Origin: Auanema rhodensis
Lineage: Eukaryota; Animalia; Nematoda
NCBI GenBank assembly: GCA_964057225.1
Contig: OZ059898.1
Coordinates: forward strand, 19,530,001 to 19,594,000
DNA length: 64,000 bases
Direction: 5' to 3'
A program made the translations under genes and the position numbers. Below are positions 12,101-27,100 of the stretch, piece by piece. Each line of letters starts with the position of its first letter. Position 1 is the stretch's first letter. The notes beneath the pieces were generated by a model. The model was given only the letters and a program-made list of their open reading frames with translations. It was not told the origin of the DNA and did no database searches.

Positions 12101-15100
12101 TAAGTTCACACTTATATCCTCGATTTTCACCCTGAAGAATTAATTTTTTCGTTGAATAACATTGTCCATCGTCTTCGCCTTGAAAAACGGAATCTGAAAA
12201 CATCTACTTTTTGCTAAATTATCTTGAAATTTTTCGAAAAAATTTTTGTCAAAATGTTTTTGGAAGCAATGTTGAGTGTACATGGAAACTCAACATACAC
12301 TAATGCATCATTTTTCAAACAATCATAACTAATTTTTGTATTAAGCGTTTCTCAATGTAGAATAGTGCATTCGATGCGGATTTTTAAGCTGCGTCGATCT
12401 GTGTTATCAGATTTGGGCTAGCTTAAAAATGCACCGAGATATCAACTGATATAAGTTCACACTTATATCCTCGATTTTCACCCTGAAGAATTAATTTTTT
12501 CGTTGAATAACATTGTCCATCGTCTTTGCCTTGAAAAAAGGAATCTAAAAACATCTACTTTTTGCTAAATTATTCTGAAATTTTTCGAAAAAATTTTTGT
12601 CAAAATGTTTTTGGAAGCAATGTTGAGTGTACATGGAAACTCAACATACACTAATGCATCATTTTTCAAACGATCATAACTAATTTTTGTATTAAGCGTT
12701 TCTCAATGTAGTATAGTGCATTCGATGCGGATTTTTAAGCTGCGTCGATCTGTGTTATCAGATTTGCGCTAGCTTAAAAATGCACCGAGACATCAACTGA
12801 TATAAGTTCACACTTATATCCTCGATTTTCTCCCTGAAGAATTAATTTTTTCGTTGAATAACATTGTCCATCGTCTTTGCCTTGAAAAAAGGAATCTAAA
12901 AACATCTACTTTTTGCTAAATTATTTCGAAATTTTTCGAAAAAATTTTTGTCAAAATGTTTTTGGAAGCAATGTTGAGTGTACATGGAAACTCAACATAC
13001 ACTAATGCATCATTTTTCAAACGATCATAACTAATTTTTGTATTAAGCGTTTCTCAATGTAGAATAGTGCATTCGATGCGGATTTTTAAGCTGCGTCGAT
13101 CTGTGTTATCAGATTTGGGCTAGCTTAAAAATGCACCGAGATATCAACTGATATAAGTTCACACTTATATCCTCGATTTTCACCCTGAAGAATTAATTTT
13201 TTCGTTGAATAACATTGTCCATCGTCTTTGCCTTGAAAAACGGAATCTGAAAACATCTACTTTTTGCTAAATTATCTTGAAATTTTTCGAAAAAATTTTT
13301 GTCAAAATGTTTTTGGAAGCAATGTTGAGTGTACATGGAAACTCAACATACACTAATGCATCATTTTTCAAACGATCATAACTAATTTTTGTATTAAGCG
13401 TTTCTCAATGTAGTATAGTGCATTCGATGCGGATTTTTAAGCTGCGTCGATCTGTGTTATCAGATTTGCGCTAGCTTAAAAATGCACCGAGACATCAACT
13501 AATATAAGTTCACACTTATATCCTCGATTTTCACCCTGAAGAATTTATTTTTTCGTTGAATAACATTGTCCATCGTCTTTGCCTTGAAAAAAGGAATCTA
13601 AAAACATCTACTTTCTGCTAAATTATTCTGAAATTTTTCGAAAAAATTTTTGTCAAAATGTTTTTGGAAGCAATGTTGAGTGTACATGGAAACTCAACAT
13701 ACACTAATGCATCATTTTTCAAACGATCATAACTAATTTCTGTATTAAGCGTTTCTCAATGTAGTATAGTGCATTCGATGCGGATTTTTAAGCTGCGTCG
13801 ATCTGTGTTATCAGATTTGCGCTAGCTTAAAAATGCACCGAGACATCAACTAATATAAGTTCACACTTATATCCTCGATTTTCACCCTGAAGAATTTATT
13901 TTTTCGTTGAATAACATTGTCCATCGTCTTTGCCTTGAAAAAAGGAATCTAAAAACATCTACTTTCTGCTAAATTATTTCGAAATTTTTCGAAAAAATTT
14001 TTGTCAAAATGTTTTTGGAAGCAATGTTGAGTGTACATGGAAACTCAACATACACTAATGCATCATTTTTCAAACGATCATAACTAATTTTTGTATTAAG
14101 CGTTTCTCAATGTAGAATAGTGCATTCGATGCGGATTTTTAAGCTGCGTCGATCTGTGTTATCAGATTTGGGCTAGCTTAAAAATGCACCGAGATATCAA
14201 CTGATATAAGTTCACACTTATATCCTCGATTTTCACCCTGAAGAATTAATTTTTTCGTTGAATAACATTGTCCATCGTCTTTGCCTTGAAAAACGGAATC
14301 TGAAAACATCTACTTTTTGCTAAATTATCTTGAAATTTTTCGAAAAAATTTTTGTCAAAATGTTTTTGGAAGCAATGTTGAGTGTACATGGAAACTCAAC
14401 ATACACTAATGCATCATTTTTCAAACGATCATAACTAATTTTTGTATTAAGCGTTTCTCAATGTAGTATAGTGCATTCGATGCGGATTTTTAAGCTGCGT
14501 CGATCTGTGTTATCAGATTTGCGCTAGCTTAAAAATGCACCGAGACATCAACTAATATAAGTTCACACTTATATCCTCGATTTTCACCCTGAAGAATTTA
14601 TTTTTTCGTTGAATAACATTGTCCATCGTCTTTGCCTTGAAAAAAGGAATCTAAAAACATCTACTTTCTGCTAAATTATTCTGAAATTTTTCGAAAAAAT
14701 TTTTGTCAAAATGTTTTTGGAAGCAATGTTGAGTGTACATGGAAACTCAACATACACTAATGCATCATTTTTCAAACGATCATAACTAATTTCTGTATTA
14801 AGCGTTTCTCAATGTAGTATAGTGCATTTGATGCGGATTTTTAAGCTGCATCGATCTGTGTTATCAGATTTGCGCTAGCTTAAAAATGCACCGAGATATC
14901 AACTGATATAAGTTCACACTTATATCCTCGATTTTCACCCTGAAGAATTAATTTTTTCGTTGAATAACATTGTCCATCGTCTTTGCCTTGAAAAAAGGAA
15001 TCTAAAAACATCTACTTTTTGCTAAATTATTCTGAAATTTTTCGAAAAAATTTTTGTCAAAATGTTTTTGGAAGCAATGTTGAGTGTACATGGAAACTCA

Positions 15101-18100
15101 ACATACACTAATGCATCATTTTTCAAACGATCACAACTAATTTTTGTATAAAGCGTTTCTCAATGTAGTATAGTGCATTCGATGCGGATTTGTAAGCTGC
15201 GTCGATCTGTGTTATCAGATTTGCGCTAGCTTGAAAATGCACCGAGATATCAACTGATATAAGTTCACACTTATATCCTCGATTTTCACCCTGAAGAATT
15301 AATTTTTTCGTTGAATAACATTGTCCATCGTCTTCGCCTTGAAAAACGGAATCTGAAAACATCTACTTTTTGCTAAATTATCTTGAAATTTTTCGAAAAA
15401 ATTTTTGTCAAAATGTTTTTGGAAGCAATGTTGAGTGTACATGGAAACTCAACATACACTAATGCATCATTTTTCAAACAATCATAACTAATTTTTGTAT
15501 TAAGCGTTTCTCAATGTAGAATAGTGCATTCGATGCGGATTTTTAAGCTGCGTCGATCTGTGTTATCAGATTTGGGCTAGCTTAAAAATGCACCGAGATA
15601 TCAACTGATATAAGTTCACACTTATATCCTCGATTTTCACCCTGAAGAATTAATTTTTTCGTTGAATAACATTGTCCATCGTCTTTGCCTTGAAAAAAGG
15701 AATCTAAAAACATCTACTTTTTGCTAAATTATTTCGAAATTTTTCGAAAAAATTTTTGTCAAAATGTTTTTGGAAGCAATGTTGAGTGTACATGGAAACT
15801 CAACATACACTAATGCATCATTTTTCAAACGATCATAACTAATTTTTGTATTAAGCGTTTCTCAATGTAGTATAGTGCATTCGATGCGGATTTTTAAGCT
15901 GCGTCGATCTGTGTTATCAGATTTGCGCTAGCTTAAAAATGCACCGAGACATCAACTAATATAAGTTCACACTTATATCCTCGATTTTCACCCTGAAGAA
16001 TTTATTTTTTCGTTGAATAACATTGTCCATCGTCTTTGCCTTGAAAAAAGGAATCTAAAAACATCTACTTTCTGCTAAATTATTCTGAAATTTTTCGAAA
16101 AAATTTTTGTCAAAATGTTTTTGGAAGCAATGTTGAGTGTACATGGAAACTCAACATACACTAATGCATCATTTTTCAAACGATCATAACTAATTTCTGT
16201 ATTAAGCGTTTCTCAATGTAGTATAGTGCATTTGATGCGGATTTTTAAGCTGCATCGATCTGTGTTATCAGATTTGCGCTAGCTTAAAAATGCACCGAGA
16301 TATCAACTGATATAAGTTCACACTTATATCCTCGATTTTCACCCTGAAGAATTAATTTTTTCGTTGAATAACATTGTCCATCGTCTTTGCCTTGAAAAAA
16401 GGAATCTAAAAACATCTACTTTTTGCTAAATTATTCTGAAATTTTTCGAAAAAATTTTTGTCAAAATGTTTTTGGAAGCAATGTTGAGTGTACATGGAAA
16501 CTCAACATACACTAATGCATCATTTTTCAAACGATCATAACTAATTTTTGTATTAAGCGTTTCTCAATGTAGTATAGTGCATTCGATGCGGATTTTTAAG
16601 CTGCGTCGATCTGTGTTATCAGATTTGCGCTAGCTTAAAAATGCACCGAGACATCAACTAATATAAGTTCACACTTATATCCTCGATTTTCACCCTGAAG
16701 AATTTATTTTTTCGTTGAATAACATTGTCCATCGTCTTTGCCTTGAAAAAAGGAATCTAAAAACATCTACTTTCTGCTAAATTATTCTGAAATTTTTCGA
16801 AAAAATTTTTGTCAAAATGTTTTTGGAAGCAATGTTGAGTGTACATGGAAACTCAACATACACTAATGCATCATTTTTCAAACGATCATAACTAATTTCT
16901 GTATTAAGCGTTTCTCAATGTAGTATAGTGCATTTGATGCGGATTTTTAAGCTGCATCGATCTGTGTTATCAGATTTGCGCTAGCTTAAAAATGCACCGA
17001 GATATCAACTGATATAAGTTCACACTTATATCCTCGATTTTCACCCTGAAGAATTAATTTTTTCGTTGAATAACATTGTCCATCGTCTTTGCCTTGAAAA
17101 AAGGAATCTAAAAACATCTACTTTTTGCTAAATTATTCTGAAATTTTTCGAAAAAATTTTTGTCAAAATGTTTTTGGAAGCAATGTTGAGTGTACATGGA
17201 AACTCAACATACACTAATGCATCATTTTTCAAACAATCATAACTAATTTTTGTATTAAGCGTTTCTCAATGTAGAATAGTGCATTCGATGCGGATTTTTA
17301 AGCTGCGTCGATCTGTGTTATCAGATTTGGGCTAGCTTAAAAATGCACCGAGATATCAACTGATATAAGTTCACACTTATATCCTCGATTTTCACCCTGA
17401 AGAATTAATTTTTTCGTTGAATAACATTGTCCATCGTCTTTGCCTTGAAAAAAGGAATCTAAAAACATCTACTTTTTGCTAAATTATTTCGAAATTTTTC
17501 GAAAAAATTTTTGTCAAAATGTTTTTGGAAGCAATGTTGAGTGTACATGGAAACTCAACATACACTAATGCATCATTTTTCAAACGATCATAACTAATTT
17601 TTGTATTAAGCGTTTCTCAATGTAGTATAGTGCATTCGATGCGGATTTTTAAGCTGCGTCGATCTGTGTTATCAGATTTGCGCTAGCTTAAAAATGCACC
17701 GAGACATCAACTAATATAAGTTCACACTTATATCCTCGATTTTCACCCTGAAGAATTTATTTTTTCGTTGAATAACATTGTCCATCGTCTTTGCCTTGAA
17801 AAAAGGAATCTAAAAACATCTACTTTCTGCTAAATTATTCTGAAATTTTTCGAAAAAATTTTTGTCAAAATGTTTTTGGAAGCAATGTTGAGTGTACATG
17901 GAAACTCAACATACACTAATGCATCATTTTTCAAACGATCATAACTAATTTCTGTATTAAGCGTTTCTCAATGTAGTATAGTGCATTTGATGCGGATTTT
18001 TAAGCTGCATCGATCTGTGTTATCAGATTTGCGCTAGCTTAAAAATGCACCGAGATATCAACTGATATAAGTTCACACTTATATCCTCGATTTTCACCCT

Positions 18101-21100
18101 GAAGAATTAATTTTTTCGTTGAATAACATTGTCCATCGTCTTTGCCTTGAAAAAAGGAATCTAAAAACATCTACTTTTTGCTAAATTATTCTGAAATTTT
18201 TCGAAAAAATTTTTGTCAAAATGTTTTTGGAAGCAATGTTGAGTGTACATGGAAACTCAACATACACTAATGCATCATTTTTCAAACGATCACAACTAAT
18301 TTTTGTATAAAGCGTTTCTCAATGTAGTATAGTGCATTCGATGCGGATTTGTAAGCTGCGTCGATCTGTGTTATCAGATTTGCGCTAGCTTGAAAATGCA
18401 CCGAGATATCAACTGATATAAGTTCACACTTATATCCTCGATTTTCACCCTGAAGAATTAATTTTTTCGTTGAATAACATTGTCCATCGTCTTCGCCTTG
18501 AAAAACGGAATCTGAAAACATCTACTTTTTGCTAAATTATCTTGAAATTTTTCGAAAAAATTTTTGTCAAAATGTTTTTGGAAGCAATGTTGAGTGTACA
18601 TGGAAACTCAACATACACTAATGCATCATTTTTCAAACAATCATAACTAATTTTTGTATTAAGCGTTTCTCAATGTAGAATAGTGCATTCGATGCGGATT
18701 TTTAAGCTGCGTCGATCTGTGTTATCAGATTTGGGCTAGCTTAAAAATGCACCGAGATATCAACTGATATAAGTTCACACTTATATCCTCGATTTTCACC
18801 CTGAAGAATTAATTTTTTCGTTGAATAACATTGTCCATCGTCTTTGCCTTGAAAAAAGGAATCTAAAAACATCTACTTTTTGCTAAATTATTCTGAAATT
18901 TTTCGAAAAAATTTTTGTCAAAATGTTTTTGGAAGCAATGTTGAGTGTACATGGAAACTCAACATACACTAATGCATCATTTTTCAAACGATCATAACTA
19001 ATTTTTGTATTAAGCGTTTCTCAATGTAGTATAGTGCATTCGATGCGGATTTTTAAGCTGCGTCGATCTGTGTTATCAGATTTGCGCTAGCTTAAAAATG
19101 CACCGAGACATCAACTGATATAAGTTCACACTTATATCCTCGATTTTCTCCCTGAAGAATAATTTTTTCGTTGAATAACATTGTCCATCGTCTTTGCCTT
19201 GAAAAAAGGAATCTAAAAACATCTACTTTTTGCTAAATTATTTCGAAATTTTTCGAAAAAATTTTTGTCAAAATGTTTTTGGAAGCAATGTTGAGTGTAC
19301 ATGGAAACTCAACATACACTAATGCATCATTTTTCAAACAATCATAACTAATTTTTGTATTAAGCGTTTCTCAATGTAGAATAGTGCATTCGATGCGGAT
19401 TTTTAAGCTGCGTCGATCTGTGTTATCAGATTTGGGCTAGCTTAAAAATGCACCGAGATATCAACTGATATAAGTTCACACTTATATCCTCGATTTTCAC
19501 CCTGAAGAATTAATTTTTTCGTTGAATAACATTGTCCATCGTCTTTGCCTTGAAAAACGAAATCTGAAAACATCTACTTTTTGCTAAATTATTTTGAAAT
19601 TTTTCGAAAAAATTTTTGTCAAAATGTTTTTGGAAGCAATGTTGAGTGTACATGGAAACTCAACATACACTAATGCATCATTTTTCAAACAATCATAACT
19701 AATTTTTGTATTAAGCGTTTCTCAATGTAGAATAGTGCATTCGATGCGGATTTTTAAGCTGCGTCGATCTGTGTTATCAGATTTGGGCTAGCTTAAAAAT
19801 GCACCGAGATATCAACTGATATAAGTTCACACTTATATCCTCGATTTTCACCCTGAAGAATTAATTTTTTCGTTGAATAACATTGTCCATCGTCTTTGCC
19901 TTAAAAAAAGGAATCTAAAAACATCTACTTTTTGCTAAATTATTTTGAAATTTTTCGAAAAAATTTTTGTCAAAATGTTTTTGGAAGCAATGTTGAGTGT
20001 ACATGGAAACTCAACATACACTAATGCATCATTTTTCAAACGATCATAACTAATTTTTGTATTAAGCGTTTTTCAATGTAGTATAGTGCATTCGATGCGG
20101 AATTTTAAGCTGCGTCGATCTGTGTTATCAGATTTGCGCTAGCTTAAAAATGCACCGAGACATCAACTGATATAAGTTCACACTTATATCCTCGATTTTC
20201 ACCCTGAAGAATTAATTTTTTCGTTGAATAACATTGTCCATCGTCTTTGCCTTGAAAAACGGAATCTGAAAACATCTACTTTTTGCTAAATTATTCTGAA
20301 ATTTTTCGAAAAAATTTTTGTCAAAATGTTTTTGGAAGCAATGTTGAGTGTACATGGAAACTCAACATACACTAATACATCATTTTTCAAACAATCATAA
20401 CTAATTTTTGTATTAAGCGTTTCTCAATGTAGAATAGTGCATTCGATGCGGATTTTTAAGCTGCGTCGATCTGTGTTATCAGATTTGGGCTAGCTTAAAA
20501 ATGCACCGAGATATCAACTGATATAAGTTAACACTTATATCCTCGATTTTCACCCTGAAGAATTAATTTTTTCGTTGAATAACATTGTCCATCGTCTTTG
20601 CCTTGAAAAAAGGAATCTAAAAACTTCTACTTTTTGCTAAATTATTCTGAAATTTTTCGAAAAAATTTTTGTCAAAATGTTTTTGGAAGCAATGTTGAGT
20701 GTACATGGAAACTCAACATACACTAATGCATCATTTTTCAAACGATCATAACTAATTTTTGTATTAAGCGTTTCTCAATGTAGTATAGTGCATTCGATGC
20801 GGATTTTTAAGCTGCGTCGATCTGTGTTATCAGATTTGCGCTAGCTTAAAAATGCACCGAGACATCAACTGATATAAGTTCACACTTATATCCTCGATTT
20901 TCTCCCTGAAGAATTAATTTTTTCGTTGAATAACATTGTCCATCGTCTTTGCCTTGAAAAAAGGAATCTAAAAACATCTACTTTTTGCTAAATTATTTCG
21001 AAATTTTTCGAAAAAATTTTTGTCAAAATGTTTTTGGAAGCAATGTTGAGTGTACATGGAAACTCAACATACACTAATGCATCATTTTTCAAACGATCAT

Positions 21101-24100
21101 AACTAATTTTTGTATTAAGCGTTTCTCAATGTAGAATAGTGCATTCGATGCGGATTTTTAAGCTGCGTCGATCTGTGTTATCAGATTTGGGCTAGCTTAA
21201 AAATGCACCGAGATATCAACTGATATAAGTTCACACTTATATCCTCGATTTTCACCCTGAAGAATTAATTTTTTCGTTGAATAACATTGTCCATCGTCTT
21301 TGCCTTGAAAAACGGAATCTGAAAACATCTACTTTTTGCTAAATTATCTTGAAATTTTTCGAAAAAATTTTTGTCAAAATGTTTTTGGAAGCAATGTTGA
21401 GTGTACATGGAAACTCAACATACACTAATGCATCATTTTTCAAACGATCATAACTAATTTTTGTATTAAGCGTTTCTCAATGTAGTATAGTGCATTCGAT
21501 GCGGATTTTTAAGCTGCGTCGATCTGTGTTATCAGATTTGCGCTAGCTTAAAAATGCACCGAGACATCAACTAATATAAGTTCACACTTATATCCTCGAT
21601 TTTCACCCTGAAGAATTTATTTTTTCGTTGAATAACATTGTCCATCGTCTTTGCCTTGAAAAAAGGAATCTAAAAACATCTACTTTCTGCTAAATTATTC
21701 TGAAATTTTTCGAAAAAATTTTTGTCAAAATGTTTTTGGAAGCAATGTTGAGTGTACATGGAAACTCAACATACACTAATGCATCATTTTTCAAACGATC
21801 ATAACTAATTTCTGTATTAAGCGTTTCTCAATGTAGTATAGTGCATTTGATGCGGATTTTTAAGCTGCATCGATCTGTGTTATCAGATTTGCGCTAGCTT
21901 AAAAATGCACCGAGATATCAACTGATATAAGTTCACACTTATATCCTCGATTTTCACCCTGAAGAATTAATTTTTTCGTTGAATAACATTGTCCATCGTC
22001 TTTGCCTTGAAAAAAGGAATCTAAAAACATCTACTTTTTGCTAAATTATTCTGAAATTTTTCGAAAAAATTTTTGTCAAATTGTTTTTGGAAGCAATGTT
22101 GAGTGTACATGGAAACTCAACATACACTAATGCATCATTTTTCAAACGATCACAACTAATTTTTGTATAAAGCGTTTCTCAATGTAGTATAGTGCATTCG
22201 ATGCGGATTTGTAAGCTGCGTCGATCTGTGTTATCAGATTTGCGCTAGCTTGAAAATGCACCGAGATATCAACTGATATAAGTTCACACTTATATCCTCG
22301 ATTTTCACCCTGAAGAATTAATTTTTTCGTTGAATAACATTGTCCATCGTCTTCGCCTTGAAAAACGGAATCTGAAAACATCTACTTTTTGCTAAATTAT
22401 CTTGAAATTTTTCGAAAAAATTTTTGTCAAAATGTTTTTGGAAGCAATGTTGAGTGTACATGGAAACTCAACATACACTAATGCATCATTTTTCAAACAA
22501 TCATAACTAATTTTTGTATTAAGCGTTTCTCAATGTAGAATAGTGCATTCGATGCGGATTTTTAAGCTGCGTCGATCTGTGTTATCAGATTTGGGCTAGC
22601 TTAAAAATGCACCGAGATATCAACTGATATAAGTTCACACTTATATCCTCGATTTTCACCCTGAAGAATTAATTTTTTCGTTGAATAACATTGTCCATCG
22701 TCTTTGCCTTGAAAAAAGGAATCTAAAAACATCTACTTTTTGCTAAATTATTCTGAAATTTTTCGAAAAAATTTTTGTCAAAATGTTTTTGGAAGCAATG
22801 TTGAGTGTACATGGAAACTCAACATACACTAATGCATCATTTTTCAAACGATCATAACTAATTTTTGTATTAAGCGTTTCTCAATGTAGTATAGTGCATT
22901 CGATGCGGATTTTTAAGCTGCGTCGATCTGTGTTATCAGATTTGCGCTAGCTTAAAAATGCACCGAGACATCAACTGATATAAGTTCACACTTATATCCT
23001 CGATTTTCTCCCTGAAGAATTAATTTTTTCGTTGAATAACATTGTCCATCGTCTTTGCCTTGAAAAAAGGAATCTAAAAACATCTACTTTTTGCTAAATT
23101 ATTTCGAAATTTTTCGAAAAAATTTTTGTCAAAATGTTTTTGGAAGCAATGTTGAGTGTACATGGAAACTCAACATACACTAATGCATCATTTTTCAAAC
23201 GATCATAACTAATTTTTGTATTAAGCGTTTCTCAATGTAGAATAGTGCATTCGATGCGGATTTTTAAGCTGCGTCGATCTGTGTTATCAGATTTGGGCTA
23301 GCTTAAAAATGCACCGAGATATCAACTGATATAAGTTCACACTTATATCCTCGATTTTCACCCTGAAGAATTAATTTTTTCGTTGAATAACATTGTCCAT
23401 CGTCTTTGCCTTGAAAAACGAAATCTGAAAACATCTACTTTTTGCTAAATTATTTTGAAATTTTTCGAAAAAATTTTTGTCAAAATGTTTTTGGAAGCAA
23501 TGTTGAGTGTACATGGAAACTCAACATACACTAATGCATCATTTTTCGAACGATCATAACTAATTTTTGTATTAAGCGTTTCTCAATGTAGAATAGTGCA
23601 TTCGATGCGGATTTTTAAGCTGCGTCGATCTGTGTTATCAGATTTGGGCTAGCTTAAAAATGCACCGAGATATCAACTGATATAAGTTCACACTTATATC
23701 CTCGATTTTCTCCCTGAAGAATTAATTTTTTCGTTGAATAACATTGTCCATCGTCTTTGCCTTGAAAAAAGGAATCTAAAAACATCTACTTTTTGCTAAA
23801 TTATTTCGAAATTTTTCGAAAAAATTTTTGTCAAAATGTTTTTGGAAGCAATGTTGAGTGTACATGGAAACTCAACATACACTAATGCATCATTTTTCAA
23901 ACGATCATAACTAATTTTTGTATTAAGCGTTTCTCAATGTAGAATAGTGCATTCGATGCGGATTTTTAAGCTGCGTCGATCTGTGTTATCAGATTTGCGC
24001 TAGCTTAAAAATGCACCGAGACATCAACTGATATAAGTTCACACTTATATCCTCGATTTTCACCCTGAAGAATTAATTTTTTCGTTGAATAACATTGTCC

Positions 24101-27100
24101 ATCGTCTTTGCCTTGAAAAACGGAATCTGAAAACATCTACTTTTTGCTAAATTATTCTGAAATTTTTCGAAAAAATTTTTGTCAAAATGTTTTTGGAAGC
24201 AATGTTGAGTGTACATGGAAACTCAACATACACTAATACATCATTTTTCAAACAATCATAACTAATTTTTGTATTAAGCGTTTCTCAATGTAGAATAGTG
24301 CATTCGATGCGGATTTTTAAGCTGCGTCGATCTGTGTTATCAGATTTGGGCTAGCTTAAAAATGCACCGAGATATCAACTGATATAAGTTCACACTTATA
24401 TCCTCGATTTTCACCCTGAAGAATTAATTTTTTCGTTGAATAACATTGTCCATCGTCTTTGCCTTGAAAAAAGGAATCTAAAAACATCTACTTTTTGCTA
24501 AATTATTCTGAAATTTTTCGAAAAAATTTTTGTCAAAATGTTTTTGGAAGCAATGTTGAGTGTACATGGAAACTCAACATACACTAATGCATCATTTTTC
24601 AAACGATCATAACTAATTTTTGTATTAAGCGTTTCTCAATGTAGTATAGTGCATTCGATGCGGATTTTTAAGCTGCGTCGATCTGTGTTATCAGATTTGC
24701 GCTAGCTTAAAAATGCACCGAGACATCAACTGATATAAGTTCACACTTATATCCTCGATTTTCTCCCTGAAGAATTAATTTTTTCGTTGAATAACATTGT
24801 CCATCGTCTTTGCCTTGAAAAAAGGAATCTAAAAACATCTACTTTTTGCTAAATTATTTCGAAATTTTTCGAAAAAATTTTTGTCAAAATGTTTTTGGAA
24901 GCAATGTTGAGTGTACATGGAAACTCAACATACACTAATGCATCATTTTTCAAACGATCATAACTAATTTTTGTATTAAGCGTTTTTCAATGTAGTATAG
25001 TGCATTCGATGCGGAATTTTAAGCTGCGTCGATCTGTGTTATCAGATTTGCGCTAGCTTAAAAATGCACCGAGACATCAACTGATATAAGTTCACACTTA
25101 TATCCTCGATTTTCACCCTGAAGAATTTATTTTTTCGTTGAATAACATTGTCCATCGTCTTTGCCTTGAAAAAAGGAATCTAAAAACATCTACTTTCTGC
25201 TAAATTATTCTGAAATTTTTCGAAAAAATTTTTGTCAAAATGTTTTTGGAAGCAATGTTGAGTGTACATGGAAACTCAACATACACTAATGCATCATTTT
25301 TCAAACGATCACAACTAATTTTTGTATAAAGCGTTTCTCAATGTAGTATAGTGCATTCGATGCGGATTTGTAAGCTGCGTCGATCTGTGTTATCAGATTT
25401 GCGCTAGCTTGAAAATGCACCGAGATATCAACTGATATAAGTTCACACTTATATCCTCGATTTTCACCCTGAAGAATTAATTTTTTCGTTGAATAACATT
25501 GTCCATCGTCTTTGCCTTGAAAAACGGAATCTGAAAACATCTACTTTTTGCTAAATTATCTTGAAATTTTTCGAAAAAATTTTTGTCAAAATGTTTTTGG
25601 AAGCAATGTTGAGTGTACATGGAAACTCAACATACACTAATGCATCATTTTTCAAACAATCATAACTAATTTTTGTATTAAGCGTTTCTCAATGTAGTAT
25701 AGTGCATTCGATGCGGATTTTTAAGCTGCGTCGATCTGTGTTATCAGATTTGCGCTAGCTTAAAAATGCACCGAGACATCAACTAATATAAGTTCACACT
25801 TATATCCTCGATTTTCACCCTGAAGAATTTATTTTTTCGTTGAATAACATTGTCCATCGTCTTTGCCTTGAAAAAAGGAATCTAAAAACATCTACTTTCT
25901 GCTAAATTATTCTGAAATTTTTCGAAAAAATTTTTGTCAAAATGTTTTTGGAAGCAATGTTGAGTGTACATGGAAACTCAACATACACTAATGCATCATT
26001 TTTCAAACGATCATAACTAATTTCTGTATTAAGCGTTTCTCAATGTAGTATAGTGCATTTGATGCGGATTTTTAAGCTGCATCGATCTGTGTTATCAGAT
26101 TTGCGCTAGCTTAAAAATGCACCGAGATATCAACTGATATAAGTTCACACTTATATCCTCGATTTTCACCCTGAAGAATTAATTTTTTCGTTGAATAACA
26201 TTGTCCATCGTCTTTGCCTTGAAAAAAGGAATCTAAAAACATCTACTTTTTGCTAAATTTTTCTGAAATTTTTCGAAAAAATTTTTGTCAAAATGTTTTT
26301 GGAAGCAATGTTGAGTGTACATGGAAACTCAACATACACTAATGCATCATTTTTCAAACGATCACAACTAATTTTTGTATAAAGCGTTTCTCAATGTAGT
26401 ATAGTGCATTCGATGCGGATTTGTAAGCTGCGTCGATCTGTGTTATCAGATTTGCGCTAGCTTGAAAATGCACCGAGATATCAACTGATATAAGTTCACA
26501 CTTATATCCTCGATTTTCACCCTGAAGAATTAATTTTTTCGTTGAATAACATTGTCCATCGTCTTCGCCTTGAAAAACGGAATCTGAAAACATCTACTTT
26601 TTGCTAAATTATCTTGAAATTTTTCGAAAAAATTTTTGTCAAAATGTTTTTGGAAGCAATGTTGAGTGTACATGGAAACTCAACATACACTAATGCATCA
26701 TTTTTCAAACAATCATAACTAATTTTTGTATTAAGCGTTTCTCAATGTAGAATAGTGCATTCGATGCGGATTTTTAAGCTGCGTCGATCTGTGTTATCAG
26801 ATTTGCGCTAGCTTAAAAATGCACCGAGACATCAACTAATATAAGTTCACACTTATATCCTCGATTTTCACCCTGAAGAATTTATTTTTTCGTTGAATAA
26901 CATTGTCCATCGTCTTTGCCTTGAAAAAAGGAATCTAAAAACATCTACTTTCTGCTAAATTATTCTGAAATTTTTCGAAAAAATTTTTGTCAAAATGTTT
27001 TTGGAAGCAATGTTGAGTGTACATGGAAACTCAACATACACTAATGCATCATTTTTCAAACGATCATAACTAATTTCTGTATTAAGCGTTTCTCAATGTA